A stretch of DNA of 64,000 bases from Acidimicrobiia bacterium (GTDB lineage: Bacteria; Actinomycetota; Acidimicrobiia; Acidimicrobiales; JANYDT01): assembly GCA_031418775.1 (NCBI GenBank), contig JANOJN010000016.1, positions 5,771-69,770 of the forward strand. The letters are read 5' to 3'. Position 1 is the stretch's first letter; each line of letters opens with the position of its first letter. Made by a program: the position numbers and the translations under genes. Under the pieces are notes generated by a model that worked only from the letters and a program-made list of their open reading frames with translations, was not told the origin of the DNA and did not search any database. Positions 47,059 to 54,794 of this stretch are shown in pieces.

Positions 47059-47095
47059 TTGCTACCGTGATGCTACCTTTGGTAGCATCACGGTA
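47059..47095 (+). promoter_or_regulatory. candidate mazEF promoter (TTGCTA-18 nt-TAGCAT) overlaid by a perfect 15-bp-arm palindrome (operator); apparently leaderless
   Basis: TACCGTGATGCTACC-TTT-GGTAGCATCACGGTA spans 47063-47095. The -10-like TAGCAT (47083-47088) ends 6 nt before the A of ATG 47095. No SD sequence is present. Confidence 0.5.
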
Positions 47096-47313
47096 TGAAG
47101 GTCAGCGTAAGTCTGCCGGATGACGATGTTGCGTACCTCGACGAGTATGCGCAGACCCAGGGTCTCGCTTCGAGGTCGGCCGTCGTTCACAAGGCCGTTC
47201 GTCTCCTTCGGGCGACCGAACTCGGCGGGGCGTATGAGGACGCCTGGCGCGACTGGACCGAGTCCGGCGACGGCGACATGTGGGAAGCCGCGACCGCTGA
47301 CGGCATCAACTGA
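47095..47313 (+). CDS. mazE: ribbon-helix-helix antitoxin (MazE-type, RHH class)
   Basis: MKVSVSLPDDDVAYLDEYAQTQGLASRSAVVHKAVRLLR is an RHH motif. The stop overlaps the mazF start (ATGA, written TGATG on the DNA). Confidence 0.8.
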   Translation: MKVSVSLPDDDVAYLDEYAQTQGLASRSAVVHKAVRLLRATELGGAYEDAWRDWTESGDGDMWEAATADGIN

Positions 47314-47660
47314 TGCGTCGCGGCGACATCGTCCTCGTCGACTTGGAGCCGGTTCGGGGAGCGGAGGCAAACAAGCGCCGACCCGCTGTCATCGTCACCA
47401 ACGAAGGCGCGAATCTCACCGCCCAACGCCTCCGGCGGGGTGTGGTCACCGTAGTTCCCGTCACATCGAACACCGCTCGTGTCTATCCGTTTCAGGTGAT
47501 GCTCCCATCCTCGGATACCGGGCTTGACCATGATTCGAAAGCTCAGGCCGAACAGGTTCGGTCGGTGGACATCGCGCGCGTCGGTCAGCGAGTCGGTGCC
47601 GTTCCCGCCGATCTCTTGATGCTCGTCGACGAAGCACTCCGGCTCCACCTCGCTCTCTAA
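47313..47660 (+). CDS. mazF: MazF/PemK family endoribonuclease toxin
   Basis: MRRGDIVLVDLEPVRGAEANKRRPAVIVTNE...VVPVTSN...SKAQAEQVRSVDIARV matches the PemK/MazF family pattern. Confidence 0.9.
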   Translation: MRRGDIVLVDLEPVRGAEANKRRPAVIVTNEGANLTAQRLRRGVVTVVPVTSNTARVYPFQVMLPSSDTGLDHDSKAQAEQVRSVDIARVGQRVGAVPADLLMLVDEALRLHLAL

Positions 47661-47911
47661 GAAGAGCGAATTTGCCGCGCTGCCCTTCGAGCGAATGACA
47701 ACGAGTCATGGTGCACGGTTCCTTCGCGCCCCAGGTGATGCGATGCACTCTGTACGGGAATCATATGCACACGGATCATATCGGGAACGGTGAGATGCGA
47801 TTCCCAGCCGGAACTCTTGGTTGTTCAATGCGTCGTCCTTATTACTTCAGACGGCGCGCGGGAGGCGGGTGTTTCGGTCTGGTGTCCCAGTGATTTTGCC
47901 GAACAAATCAT

Positions 47912-47940
47912 TTGACATCTGCGAACATGTGTTCTACCAT
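47912..47940 (+). promoter_or_regulatory. candidate promoter TTGACA-17 nt-TACCAT with embedded LexA (SOS) box-like GAAC-ATGT-GTTC
   Basis: TTGACA at 47912-47917, cGAACATGTGTTCt at 47922-47935 and TACCAT at 47935-47940. ATG 47947 begins 7 nt after the -10 (leaderless geometry). Confidence 0.5.
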
Positions 47941-47946
47941 GGTCGC

Positions 47947-49221
47947 ATGGCGAACACTGCTGCACAACAGATCGAGGCTCTCGCGCTTCTCTGCGTGCCG
48001 CGCAGTTCGTCCGTGCACTGGGACCCCACCACCGCCAAGATCGCCCTACAACAGCTACGCCGACTCCGGGGCGAGTTGGCCGCGCTCGAAGCAGTACTCG
48101 TCGGTGTTCTCAAGACCGAGACCGGCCGCGACACGAAAGCCGCATTGGCCCGCGGGTTCGGGATGTCGAACGGCGAAGCCCGCAAAGCTGAAGAGGTTGC
48201 TGACATCGTCGGACGAGTTCCCGGTGCCGGCGACGCTCTGGTGGATGGCGAAGTATCGGGGGAGCATCTGCGACACCTCAAACCGATCACCGACAACGAC
48301 GAAGCAGCCGAACTGTTGTCGTTGGCGCCGAGTCAGTCCCCAGACGACTTCGGCAGAACGGTTGCGAAGTACCTGATCGATCGTGATGCAAAGGGCGTCC
48401 GTGCGCGGCAACAACGGGCTCGGTCCGTGAAGTTCTTCAAAGCCGACAACGGCTGCGTCGGCATGCGCGTCATCCTCCCCACCCTTGAGGGCGAGCAAGT
48501 CAAAGCCACACTCAACGCGGCGTGTGATGCAGCGTGGCGTGATGCGCACCCTGAACGAGCTGAAACGCTTGGCGCGCACGACGACGAACCCCGCGAACAA
48601 CGGCTCGCCGATGCGCTCGTGGCAGTGATGAACGGCACCGCCACCGGCGGATCGACGCGAACAGCGATGGTCGTCACCATGCAAGCCGAAACTCTCGAAT
48701 GCAAGATCCTCGGTGTCGGGCCGATCCCGACGGGAGACGCACTCACTCTCGTCGACGACCCGCGAACCGATCTCTACGCCGCGGTCCAAGCAACCGACGG
48801 GGGGATCATGAAGTTCGGCCGGTCCCGAAGGCTTGCGTCACCGCTTCAGAAACTTGCCTTGGCGTTGCGAGACGGAGGGTTCTGCACCAAGCCCGGATGC
48901 TCTGCGCCGTGGCACCGATGCGATGCCGACCACATCGTCGAGTGGGACGATGGCGGTCTGACCGACATCGAGAACCTCCGTCACCTTTGCGGCTGCGATT
49001 GCCACCCGCATCGTCACGAAACCGGTGCCGAGATGACACGACAACGCGACGGCACCTGGACAATCGACAACGACTTCTTCCCGCCCAGGCCACCAACTAG
49101 ACCGGCCGTCAACCCACCCTGGCCACTACCAAGACCGGCCGTCAACCCACCCGACCTCGAGTTCCAACAACGACTCCGCCAACTCTGCTTCGCCGTTGGA
49201 CGACCCGACCCCTACTCCTAA
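47947..49221 (+). CDS. DUF222 domain HNH endonuclease (mycobacterial 13E12-repeat-family type)
   Basis: 424 aa from the internal ATG. The N-terminal DUF222-like region (LRRLRGELAALEAVLVGVL...) is followed by the C-terminal HNH core RDGGFCTKPGCSAPWHRCDADHIVEWDDGGLTDIENLRHLCGCDCHPHRH. Confidence 0.85.
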   Translation: MANTAAQQIEALALLCVPRSSSVHWDPTTAKIALQQLRRLRGELAALEAVLVGVLKTETGRDTKAALARGFGMSNGEARKAEEVADIVGRVPGAGDALVDGEVSGEHLRHLKPITDNDEAAELLSLAPSQSPDDFGRTVAKYLIDRDAKGVRARQQRARSVKFFKADNGCVGMRVILPTLEGEQVKATLNAACDAAWRDAHPERAETLGAHDDEPREQRLADALVAVMNGTATGGSTRTAMVVTMQAETLECKILGVGPIPTGDALTLVDDPRTDLYAAVQATDGGIMKFGRSRRLASPLQKLALALRDGGFCTKPGCSAPWHRCDADHIVEWDDGGLTDIENLRHLCGCDCHPHRHETGAEMTRQRDGTWTIDNDFFPPRPPTRPAVNPPWPLPRPAVNPPDLEFQQRLRQLCFAVGRPDPYS

Positions 49222-49364
49222 CGCAACTCCTGAGTCGTCACCCGTTCCTAGACAACTGAACCTCCTGGCCGGAGAGCCAGCCGTTACCGACGACTTCGGC
49301 ACGGTAGCCGTCGGTCGCGCCGAGATGGCGGAAATCTCCGGTCGGCCGTAGCCTCGAAGTTCTC

Positions 49365-50420
49365 ATGCGTAGCGCCAAAGACTTCTTCAAACCCCTTGCT
49401 GTCGGAGCGCCTGCTCCCGTTCGCGAGATCCCCTTCCGGCCGAGCCGGATGATCCACTTCTTCCCACCGTCGAACGCCAAGATGGTCGCCAAAGTGGGCG
49501 AGATCGCTCCCACGGTCGACATCCTCCTCGGCAACCTCGAAGACGGAGTGCCGGCAACAGACAAGGAGGCGGCGAGGGCCGGGTTGGTCCAGGTCGCGAA
49601 GACCGTCGACATGGGCGATACCCAGCTGTGGACCCGCGTGAACAGCCTTGACTCGCCTTGGGCTCTCGACGACCTCACCACGCTGGTCACCGAAGTGGGC
49701 GACAAGCTCGACGTGATCATGATCCCGAAGGTCGAGGGAGCCGAGGACATCCACTACGTCGACAGGTTGCTCGCCCAGCTCGAAGCGAAGGCGGGTCTGA
49801 CCAAGCCGCTCCTCGTCCACGCGATTCTGGAGACCGCCCGCGGTATGGCGAACGTCGAGGAGATCTGCGGCGCCTCCCCGCGCATGCAAGGCCTCTCCCT
49901 CGGTCCGGCCGACCTTGCTGCGAACCGCCGCATGAAGACCACGCGGGTCGGTGGCGGCCACCCCGACTACCTCGTCCGGGACGACCCCGCACCTGACGCT
50001 ACGGACGCCCCTCGGGCCACCCATCAGCAGGACCTTTGGCACTACACGATGGCCCGCATGGTCGATGCCTGCGTGATGCACGGCATCCTGCCGTTCTACG
50101 GACCGTTCGGCGACATCAAGGACACCGTGGCGTGCGAAGACCAGTTCCGCAACGCCTATCTGCTCGGCTGCGTCGGGGCGTGGAGCCTCCACCCGGTGCA
50201 GATCGACATTGCCAAGCGGGTGTTCTCGCCCCGGCCATCCGACGTGGCTCAGGCCCAACGGGTCATCGATGCCATGGGCGACGGCACGGGGGCGATCATG
50301 CTCGACGGGAAGATGGAGGACGACGCCTCGGTGAAGCAGTGCCGGGTGGTCGTGGAGCTGGCCAAGTCGCTCTCTGCCCGTGACCCAGAACTTGCTGCCG
50401 CGTACGGCTTCGCGAAGTAA
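49365..50420 (+). CDS. mcl: L-malyl-CoA/beta-methylmalyl-CoA lyase (HpcH/HpaI aldolase-citrate lyase family, Chloroflexus Mcl type)
   Basis: 351 aa. [26 protein letters not shown]..., [41 protein letters not shown] and GAWSLHP match my recollection of the ~348-aa Chloroflexus-type enzyme along the whole length. Confidence 0.8.
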   Translation: MRSAKDFFKPLAVGAPAPVREIPFRPSRMIHFFPPSNAKMVAKVGEIAPTVDILLGNLEDGVPATDKEAARAGLVQVAKTVDMGDTQLWTRVNSLDSPWALDDLTTLVTEVGDKLDVIMIPKVEGAEDIHYVDRLLAQLEAKAGLTKPLLVHAILETARGMANVEEICGASPRMQGLSLGPADLAANRRMKTTRVGGGHPDYLVRDDPAPDATDAPRATHQQDLWHYTMARMVDACVMHGILPFYGPFGDIKDTVACEDQFRNAYLLGCVGAWSLHPVQIDIAKRVFSPRPSDVAQAQRVIDAMGDGTGAIMLDGKMEDDASVKQCRVVVELAKSLSARDPELAAAYGFAK

Positions 50421-50443
50421 TACGCGTACCTAGGGAATCCATC

Positions 50444-51310
50444 ATGACTGATCTTCGCCCCCGCCGCTCCGTGCTCTACATGCCGGCCGCGAACGAACGT
50501 GCGCTGGAAAAGGCGCAAACGATCCCGTCCGATGCGCTCATCTTTGATCTCGAAGATGCGGTAGCAACTGACGCCAAGGAGCAAGCGCGCGCCAATGCCG
50601 TCGCCGCCGCGCGCTCGGGTGCCTACGGACGACGCGAGATCACCATCCGCTGCAACGGCCTCGACACTGCGTGGGGTGCCGCCGACATCGCCGCGGCGGC
50701 AACGTCGACCGCGGCGGCCGTGGTCATCCCGAAGGTGTCATCGGTCGCCACGCTCGAAGCGGTTTCTCAAGCGCTCGACGCCGCCGGTGCGCCTGCCGAG
50801 ATGCGGATATGGGCGATGGTCGAGACACCCACGGCCATCTTCGACGTACGGGCGATCGCCGCGCACCCCCGCGTCAACGTGTTGGTCATGGGAACGAACG
50901 ACCTTGCGAAGGAACTCCGAGCGGCGCAGATACTTGGCCGGGCACCATTGCTTCCGCATCTGGCAACGGCTCTGCTCGGCGCCCGCGAGGCCGGCGTGAG
51001 CATTCTCGACGGAGTGTTCAACGACGTGAAAGACCCCGATGGCTTCCGGGCCGAGTGCATCGTCGGCGCGCAGATGGGTTTCGACGGCAAGACTCTGATC
51101 CACCCCAGTCAGGTCGAACCGTGCAACGAGGTGTGGGCCCCTACCGAGGCGGAGACACTCCACGCCCGACGCGTGATTGCCGCGTTCGACGAAGCCGTCG
51201 CCGACGGCCGCGGCGTGGTCACGGTCGACGGTCGGATGATCGAGAATCTCCACGTCGACAACGCGCGGCGCACGCTCGCCGTGGCCGACGCGATCGCTGC
51301 GCTCGGCTGA
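50444..51310 (+). CDS. CitE-like CoA-ester lyase / malyl-CoA thioesterase-like protein (HpcH/HpaI family)
   Basis: RSVLYMPAANERALEKA...DALIFDLEDAV...VRCNG...VIPKV...WAMVETP...GTNDLAKEL...DGKTLIHPSQV is the typical CitE/Mcl2 pattern. It starts 23 nt after mcl. Confidence 0.8.
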   Translation: MTDLRPRRSVLYMPAANERALEKAQTIPSDALIFDLEDAVATDAKEQARANAVAAARSGAYGRREITIRCNGLDTAWGAADIAAAATSTAAAVVIPKVSSVATLEAVSQALDAAGAPAEMRIWAMVETPTAIFDVRAIAAHPRVNVLVMGTNDLAKELRAAQILGRAPLLPHLATALLGAREAGVSILDGVFNDVKDPDGFRAECIVGAQMGFDGKTLIHPSQVEPCNEVWAPTEAETLHARRVIAAFDEAVADGRGVVTVDGRMIENLHVDNARRTLAVADAIAALG

Positions 51311-51315
51311 GCTGG

Positions 51316-51702
51316 TCAACGCGGAGGGCGGCGCCCGCGGAAGAACGAGGCGAGGGCGCGGCCGAACCGGCCGAGCACGTCCTGGCCTCTCGACGGGTTG
51401 GCCCATCCTCCGACAGGAGGCGGCGATGACGGATCGCGTTCGTCGGGCTTTGCGACCTCCGGTCGTACCCGCCGCCGCATCTTCGTCACCCACCACAGCC
51501 CGAACCCGGTGAAGACCCCGAGGAACGATGCGGAGGACAACGCACGTGGCCACGCCACGCCGTTGGACTTGACGATCAGCAACTGCACAACGAACGCCAC
51601 GACCCCGACGATCACACATGCCCGCGTCGAGGCCAACGTTCGCCTCGGTTCGCGGAGTTCATCGCTGGCCGGATCCTCGGGTCGGACCGCTTCGTCTTCC
51701 AT
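51316..51702 (-). CDS. small membrane protein (two predicted TM helices), last gene of the Nfu/nuclease-like operon
   Basis: 128 codons from the internal ATG 51702, preceded by GGAGGAG and lying 4 nt after the upstream stop. Hydrophobic stretches are ACVIVGVVAFVVQLLIV and ASFLGVFTGFGLWWV. The upstream part of the 263-aa ORF overlaps the nuclease gene out of frame. Confidence 0.55.
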   Translation of the reverse strand: MEDEAVRPEDPASDELREPRRTLASTRACVIVGVVAFVVQLLIVKSNGVAWPRALSSASFLGVFTGFGLWWVTKMRRRVRPEVAKPDERDPSSPPPVGGWANPSRGQDVLGRFGRALASFFRGRRPPR

Positions 51703-51706
51703 GCCG

Positions 51707-52531
51707 TCAGTCTCCTCCGAGCGAACCACGACCGCGAGACGCCGAGAACGGACACGTGTGCTGGTAGGCGCATGTGCTGCAGGCCCACGGGGACGGGGTG
51801 GCCGAGAAGCGACGCTCGCCGCGGATGCGTTCGTCCACCTCTTGCACGAAAGCGATGGCGCGCCGGATCGTTGCCTCGTCGAAGTCCAGCGACACGACGA
51901 AGCTCCCGGTCGACCTGAGGGCCTCGTAGGAGACCCGCACTCCGGTGACCCGGCGACCGGACCGGGCGATCGGATGAGCGAGCGCGAGGAGACCGTAGAG
52001 CAGCGCGGCGGGATCGTCGTCGATCGATTCGGCGACGTGCCCGCTCTTGTAATCACGAACTTCGAGAATCCCGTCGTGGTGCAGCCATAGCGCGTCGATA
52101 CGTCCACGTACGATCACGTTGCGACGAGCACGGAACCACTGGAGATCGCATTCGCCGTCCACGTAGTGGACGTCGTCGCCGTGAACGGTTGATGGGCACA
52201 GCTCGCGGTGGGCCAGGATCCGCTGTGACAGCCATGCCGACTGCGGGGACGTCGGGTCCAGGAACCCCGCATCGTCATGACCTGCCATCGGAGCATGCCG
52301 AAGTCGGAGTTCGCGATGCAGGGAGAGCCCGAGGGCGAGTTCCTCGGTCTGTTCGGCCGCATCAGGGTCTGGTTCGAGGCGTAGAACGTGGGCCAAGCCG
52401 TACCGGCGTGGGCACGCGGCGAGATCCCGCGCCTTCGACGCCGTGATCACGAGCACGCCGGGAGACGGCTGGAACGGTGCTCCCAGGTCATCTTCGGTCC
52501 ATGCGTCCCGGCTCGCCGCGAGTCGGCTCAT
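51707..52531 (-). CDS. PD-(D/E)XK nuclease family protein with Cas4/AddB-type 4Fe-4S cysteines
   Basis: 274 aa. N-terminal Cys in ITASKARDLAACPRRY, GRIDALW...LEVRDYKSG (D...D-x-K) and the C-terminal CSTCAYQHTC (C-x2-C-x5-C). Confidence 0.75.
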   Translation of the reverse strand: MSRLAASRDAWTEDDLGAPFQPSPGVLVITASKARDLAACPRRYGLAHVLRLEPDPDAAEQTEELALGLSLHRELRLRHAPMAGHDDAGFLDPTSPQSAWLSQRILAHRELCPSTVHGDDVHYVDGECDLQWFRARRNVIVRGRIDALWLHHDGILEVRDYKSGHVAESIDDDPAALLYGLLALAHPIARSGRRVTGVRVSYEALRSTGSFVVSLDFDEATIRRAIAFVQEVDERIRGERRFSATPSPWACSTCAYQHTCPFSASRGRGSLGGD

Positions 52532-53370
52532 GGACGCAGCGTCGGTTCGACGGATGGGCTCAGTCGTGCGGCAAGGTCGTGATCAGTGGTCGACGAAACG
52601 GCGGCACACGAACGAATCGCCGGGCATGCGTCGCACCACCAACCCGGCGTCTCGATGGGATCGATCAGCACCAACTCGACCATGGCATTGAGCTGTTGGG
52701 CAGCCGCGCTGACCATAGACGTCGTGATGTCGGTGTTTCGCTCTGACGGTGAAGCGCCGAGCCACAGGTGTCGAACTCGGGCGAGCACGTCGATGTCGGT
52801 GGGCGCTCCCTGGGTGATCAGAAGAGTGAGGAGGGCGTCGTTGTCGATGTCGACGGGTGCCGTCGTAGCGTCTTCGGCGATCGATTCGTCGTGCACCTCG
52901 TGCTCGGTGGAATACGACGTGACGCGCCGTGTTCCGAGATGAACGCGCCGTATCTCGATGACGCGCGTCGCCCGATCGACCACGGTCGTGTCGCAGCGTC
53001 CCGTGAGACGGAAACGTCCTGTCCGACTTGGCCGCTCCAGGAACTCGCCGGCGCTCGGGTGGAGCGACACGAGATCGTCGCCGACGAACTCGCTGTAGGC
53101 CTGCACGGCCCGCATGAATCGCGATCGTTCCTCCGCCGAAAGCCCCGGGGGAGGGTTCTCGTCGAGCGTGTCGGCAACGGTTACGTTTCGCTGGTCGGCC
53201 ACCTCATGGGCGACGCGAATTGCCTCGCGTACCGCAGCGTCGAGGCGGAATGCGCCCTTGGCGACCGGCCGGGGCTTTGTCTCCGGATCCAGGATGGTGG
53301 CGAGAAAGCGACGACAGCGTTGCGCCGAAGTAAGACGACCGAGGCTCAGTGACGCGACTGCTACTGCCAC
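52528..53370 (-). CDS. PD-(D/E)XK-like protein, apparently catalytically degenerate, retaining Cas4/AddB-type cysteines
   Basis: 280 aa with a GTG start. LSLGRLTSAQRCRRF (N-terminal Cys), GRCDTTVVD...VIEIRRVHLG (E-x-R where D/E-x-K is expected) and CDACPAIRSC (C-x2-C-x5-C). The stop overlaps the next start (ATGA). Confidence 0.6.
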   Translation of the reverse strand: MAVAVASLSLGRLTSAQRCRRFLATILDPETKPRPVAKGAFRLDAAVREAIRVAHEVADQRNVTVADTLDENPPPGLSAEERSRFMRAVQAYSEFVGDDLVSLHPSAGEFLERPSRTGRFRLTGRCDTTVVDRATRVIEIRRVHLGTRRVTSYSTEHEVHDESIAEDATTAPVDIDNDALLTLLITQGAPTDIDVLARVRHLWLGASPSERNTDITTSMVSAAAQQLNAMVELVLIDPIETPGWWCDACPAIRSCAAVSSTTDHDLAARLSPSVEPTLRP

Positions 53371-53400
53371 GACGTCATCCTGCCGAGGTCGGAGAAACGG

Positions 53401-53742
53401 TCAGTCGAACTTGGGAACGTAGCCGCCGCGGCCCATGGAACGGCTCTCGTCGATGTCCATCTCTTCGACTCCGCCAATGACCTCGGTGACCCACGGGAGG
53501 CGGTCTTTGAGGATGCGGTTCACGCCGGCCTGCAGCGTGGTCGACGAGACCGCGCACGAACTGCACGAACCCTGAAGGCGCACTTCGACGACTCCGGTTT
53601 CGACATCTACCGACGTGAGTGCGAGGTCACCGCCGTCCTGCTGAACGACGGGACGGATCAGTTCGATGACGCTCTGCAACGCCTTCATCCGCTCGGTGCG
53701 GGCGTCGTCGGAGAGCACAGCGGTGTCAGTCATGGCCAACAT
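53401..53742 (-). CDS. NifU/Nfu-type Fe-S cluster carrier domain protein
   Basis: 113 aa. IELIRPVVQQDGGDLALTSVDVETGVVEVRLQGSCSSCAVSSTTLQAGVNRILKDRLP is the Nfu C-terminal domain with its CxxC. Confidence 0.85.
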   Translation of the reverse strand: MLAMTDTAVLSDDARTERMKALQSVIELIRPVVQQDGGDLALTSVDVETGVVEVRLQGSCSSCAVSSTTLQAGVNRILKDRLPWVTEVIGGVEEMDIDESRSMGRGGYVPKFD

Positions 53743-53848
53743 TCTTCCTCATCTCCGAGGTTTGCACTACCCCGGTAGGAGAAACCCTCCTGGAATCCCT
53801 CAGCCACGGTCGGACCGCAGTTCTTCCCTCGTCGGGAAGCGAGAGCCG

Positions 53849-54619
53849 TCAGATCGTCGCGCCGCCGTCGCACACGATGGTCTGGCCGGTCGTGAACGCT
53901 CCCGCACTCGAGGCGAGGAACACCGCGGCCCCGGCGATCTCGTCGGGCTCGCCGATGCGGCGCAGCGCCGATCCTGAGGTTGCGTTCTTCAGGATCTCCT
54001 CGTTCTCCCACAAGTACTTGGCGAAGTCTGTCCGCACGAGCCCGGGGGCGACGGCATTTGCCCGAACGTTGAACGGGCCGTATTCGACGGCGATGTTCCG
54101 GGCCATCTGCATGTCGGCTGCCTTCGAGATCCCATATGCGCCGAGGATCGCGTTTCCGCGCAAGCCACCGATCGACGAGACGATGATGATCGATCCCTGC
54201 CGGCGGTCCTTCATCGACGGGAGGACCATGCCGCACAGCCAGTGGTTCGACCGGATGTTCGAGGCCATGATCTTGTCGAAGGCATCGTCGGGGATCTCGG
54301 TCATCGGACCGGCGAACGGGTTGATCGCCGCGTTGCAGACCAGGATGTCGACGGGTCCGAGTGCGGTGACGGTCTTGTCGACGAGCGCCTGCAGCTGATC
54401 CTTGTATCCGATGTTGCAGGGAACCGACATCGCCGACCCCGAGTAGCCGGCTGCGTTGATCTCCGCGGTCACGGCTTCGCACGCGTCGGCCTTGCGGCTG
54501 GAGATCACCACGTTCGCGCCGTGCTGGGCCATGCGGAAGGCGATGGCCTTGCCGATGCCCTTGGTGGAGCCGGTGATGATCGCGGTCTTGCCGGTCAGGT
54601 CGAAGAGCGAGTCGGACAT
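53849..54619 (-). CDS. SDR family oxidoreductase
   Basis: 256 aa from the internal ATG. TGSTKGIGKAIA (TGxxxGxG), NAAI, and S...YGISKAA (YxxxK). Confidence 0.9.
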   Translation of the reverse strand: MSDSLFDLTGKTAIITGSTKGIGKAIAFRMAQHGANVVISSRKADACEAVTAEINAAGYSGSAMSVPCNIGYKDQLQALVDKTVTALGPVDILVCNAAINPFAGPMTEIPDDAFDKIMASNIRSNHWLCGMVLPSMKDRRQGSIIIVSSIGGLRGNAILGAYGISKAADMQMARNIAVEYGPFNVRANAVAPGLVRTDFAKYLWENEEILKNATSGSALRRIGEPDEIAGAAVFLASSAGAFTTGQTIVCDGGATI

Positions 54620-54794
54620 GGGTCTTCCCTTGGTCGGTGAAACGAGAACGCTGACGAGGCTAGGACGAGGAGGGCGCCACAGGCCAACGGGGCTCGGTGG
54701 CCCACGGGCGTCGACCCCTGTCCTTCGCCCCGAGCGACGTAAACGGTGCGTGTCCCGGCCTCCACCAGCGGCGAGCCACCTGGCTACGTCTCGG

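Noticed and set aside
51703-52107. Upstream 135 codons of the 263-aa minus ORF (51316-52107)
   Set aside because: It overlaps the Cas4-like gene out of frame and has Ser/Arg/Pro-rich composition. A GGAGGAG RBS and ATG at 51702 define a sensible 128-aa membrane protein instead.
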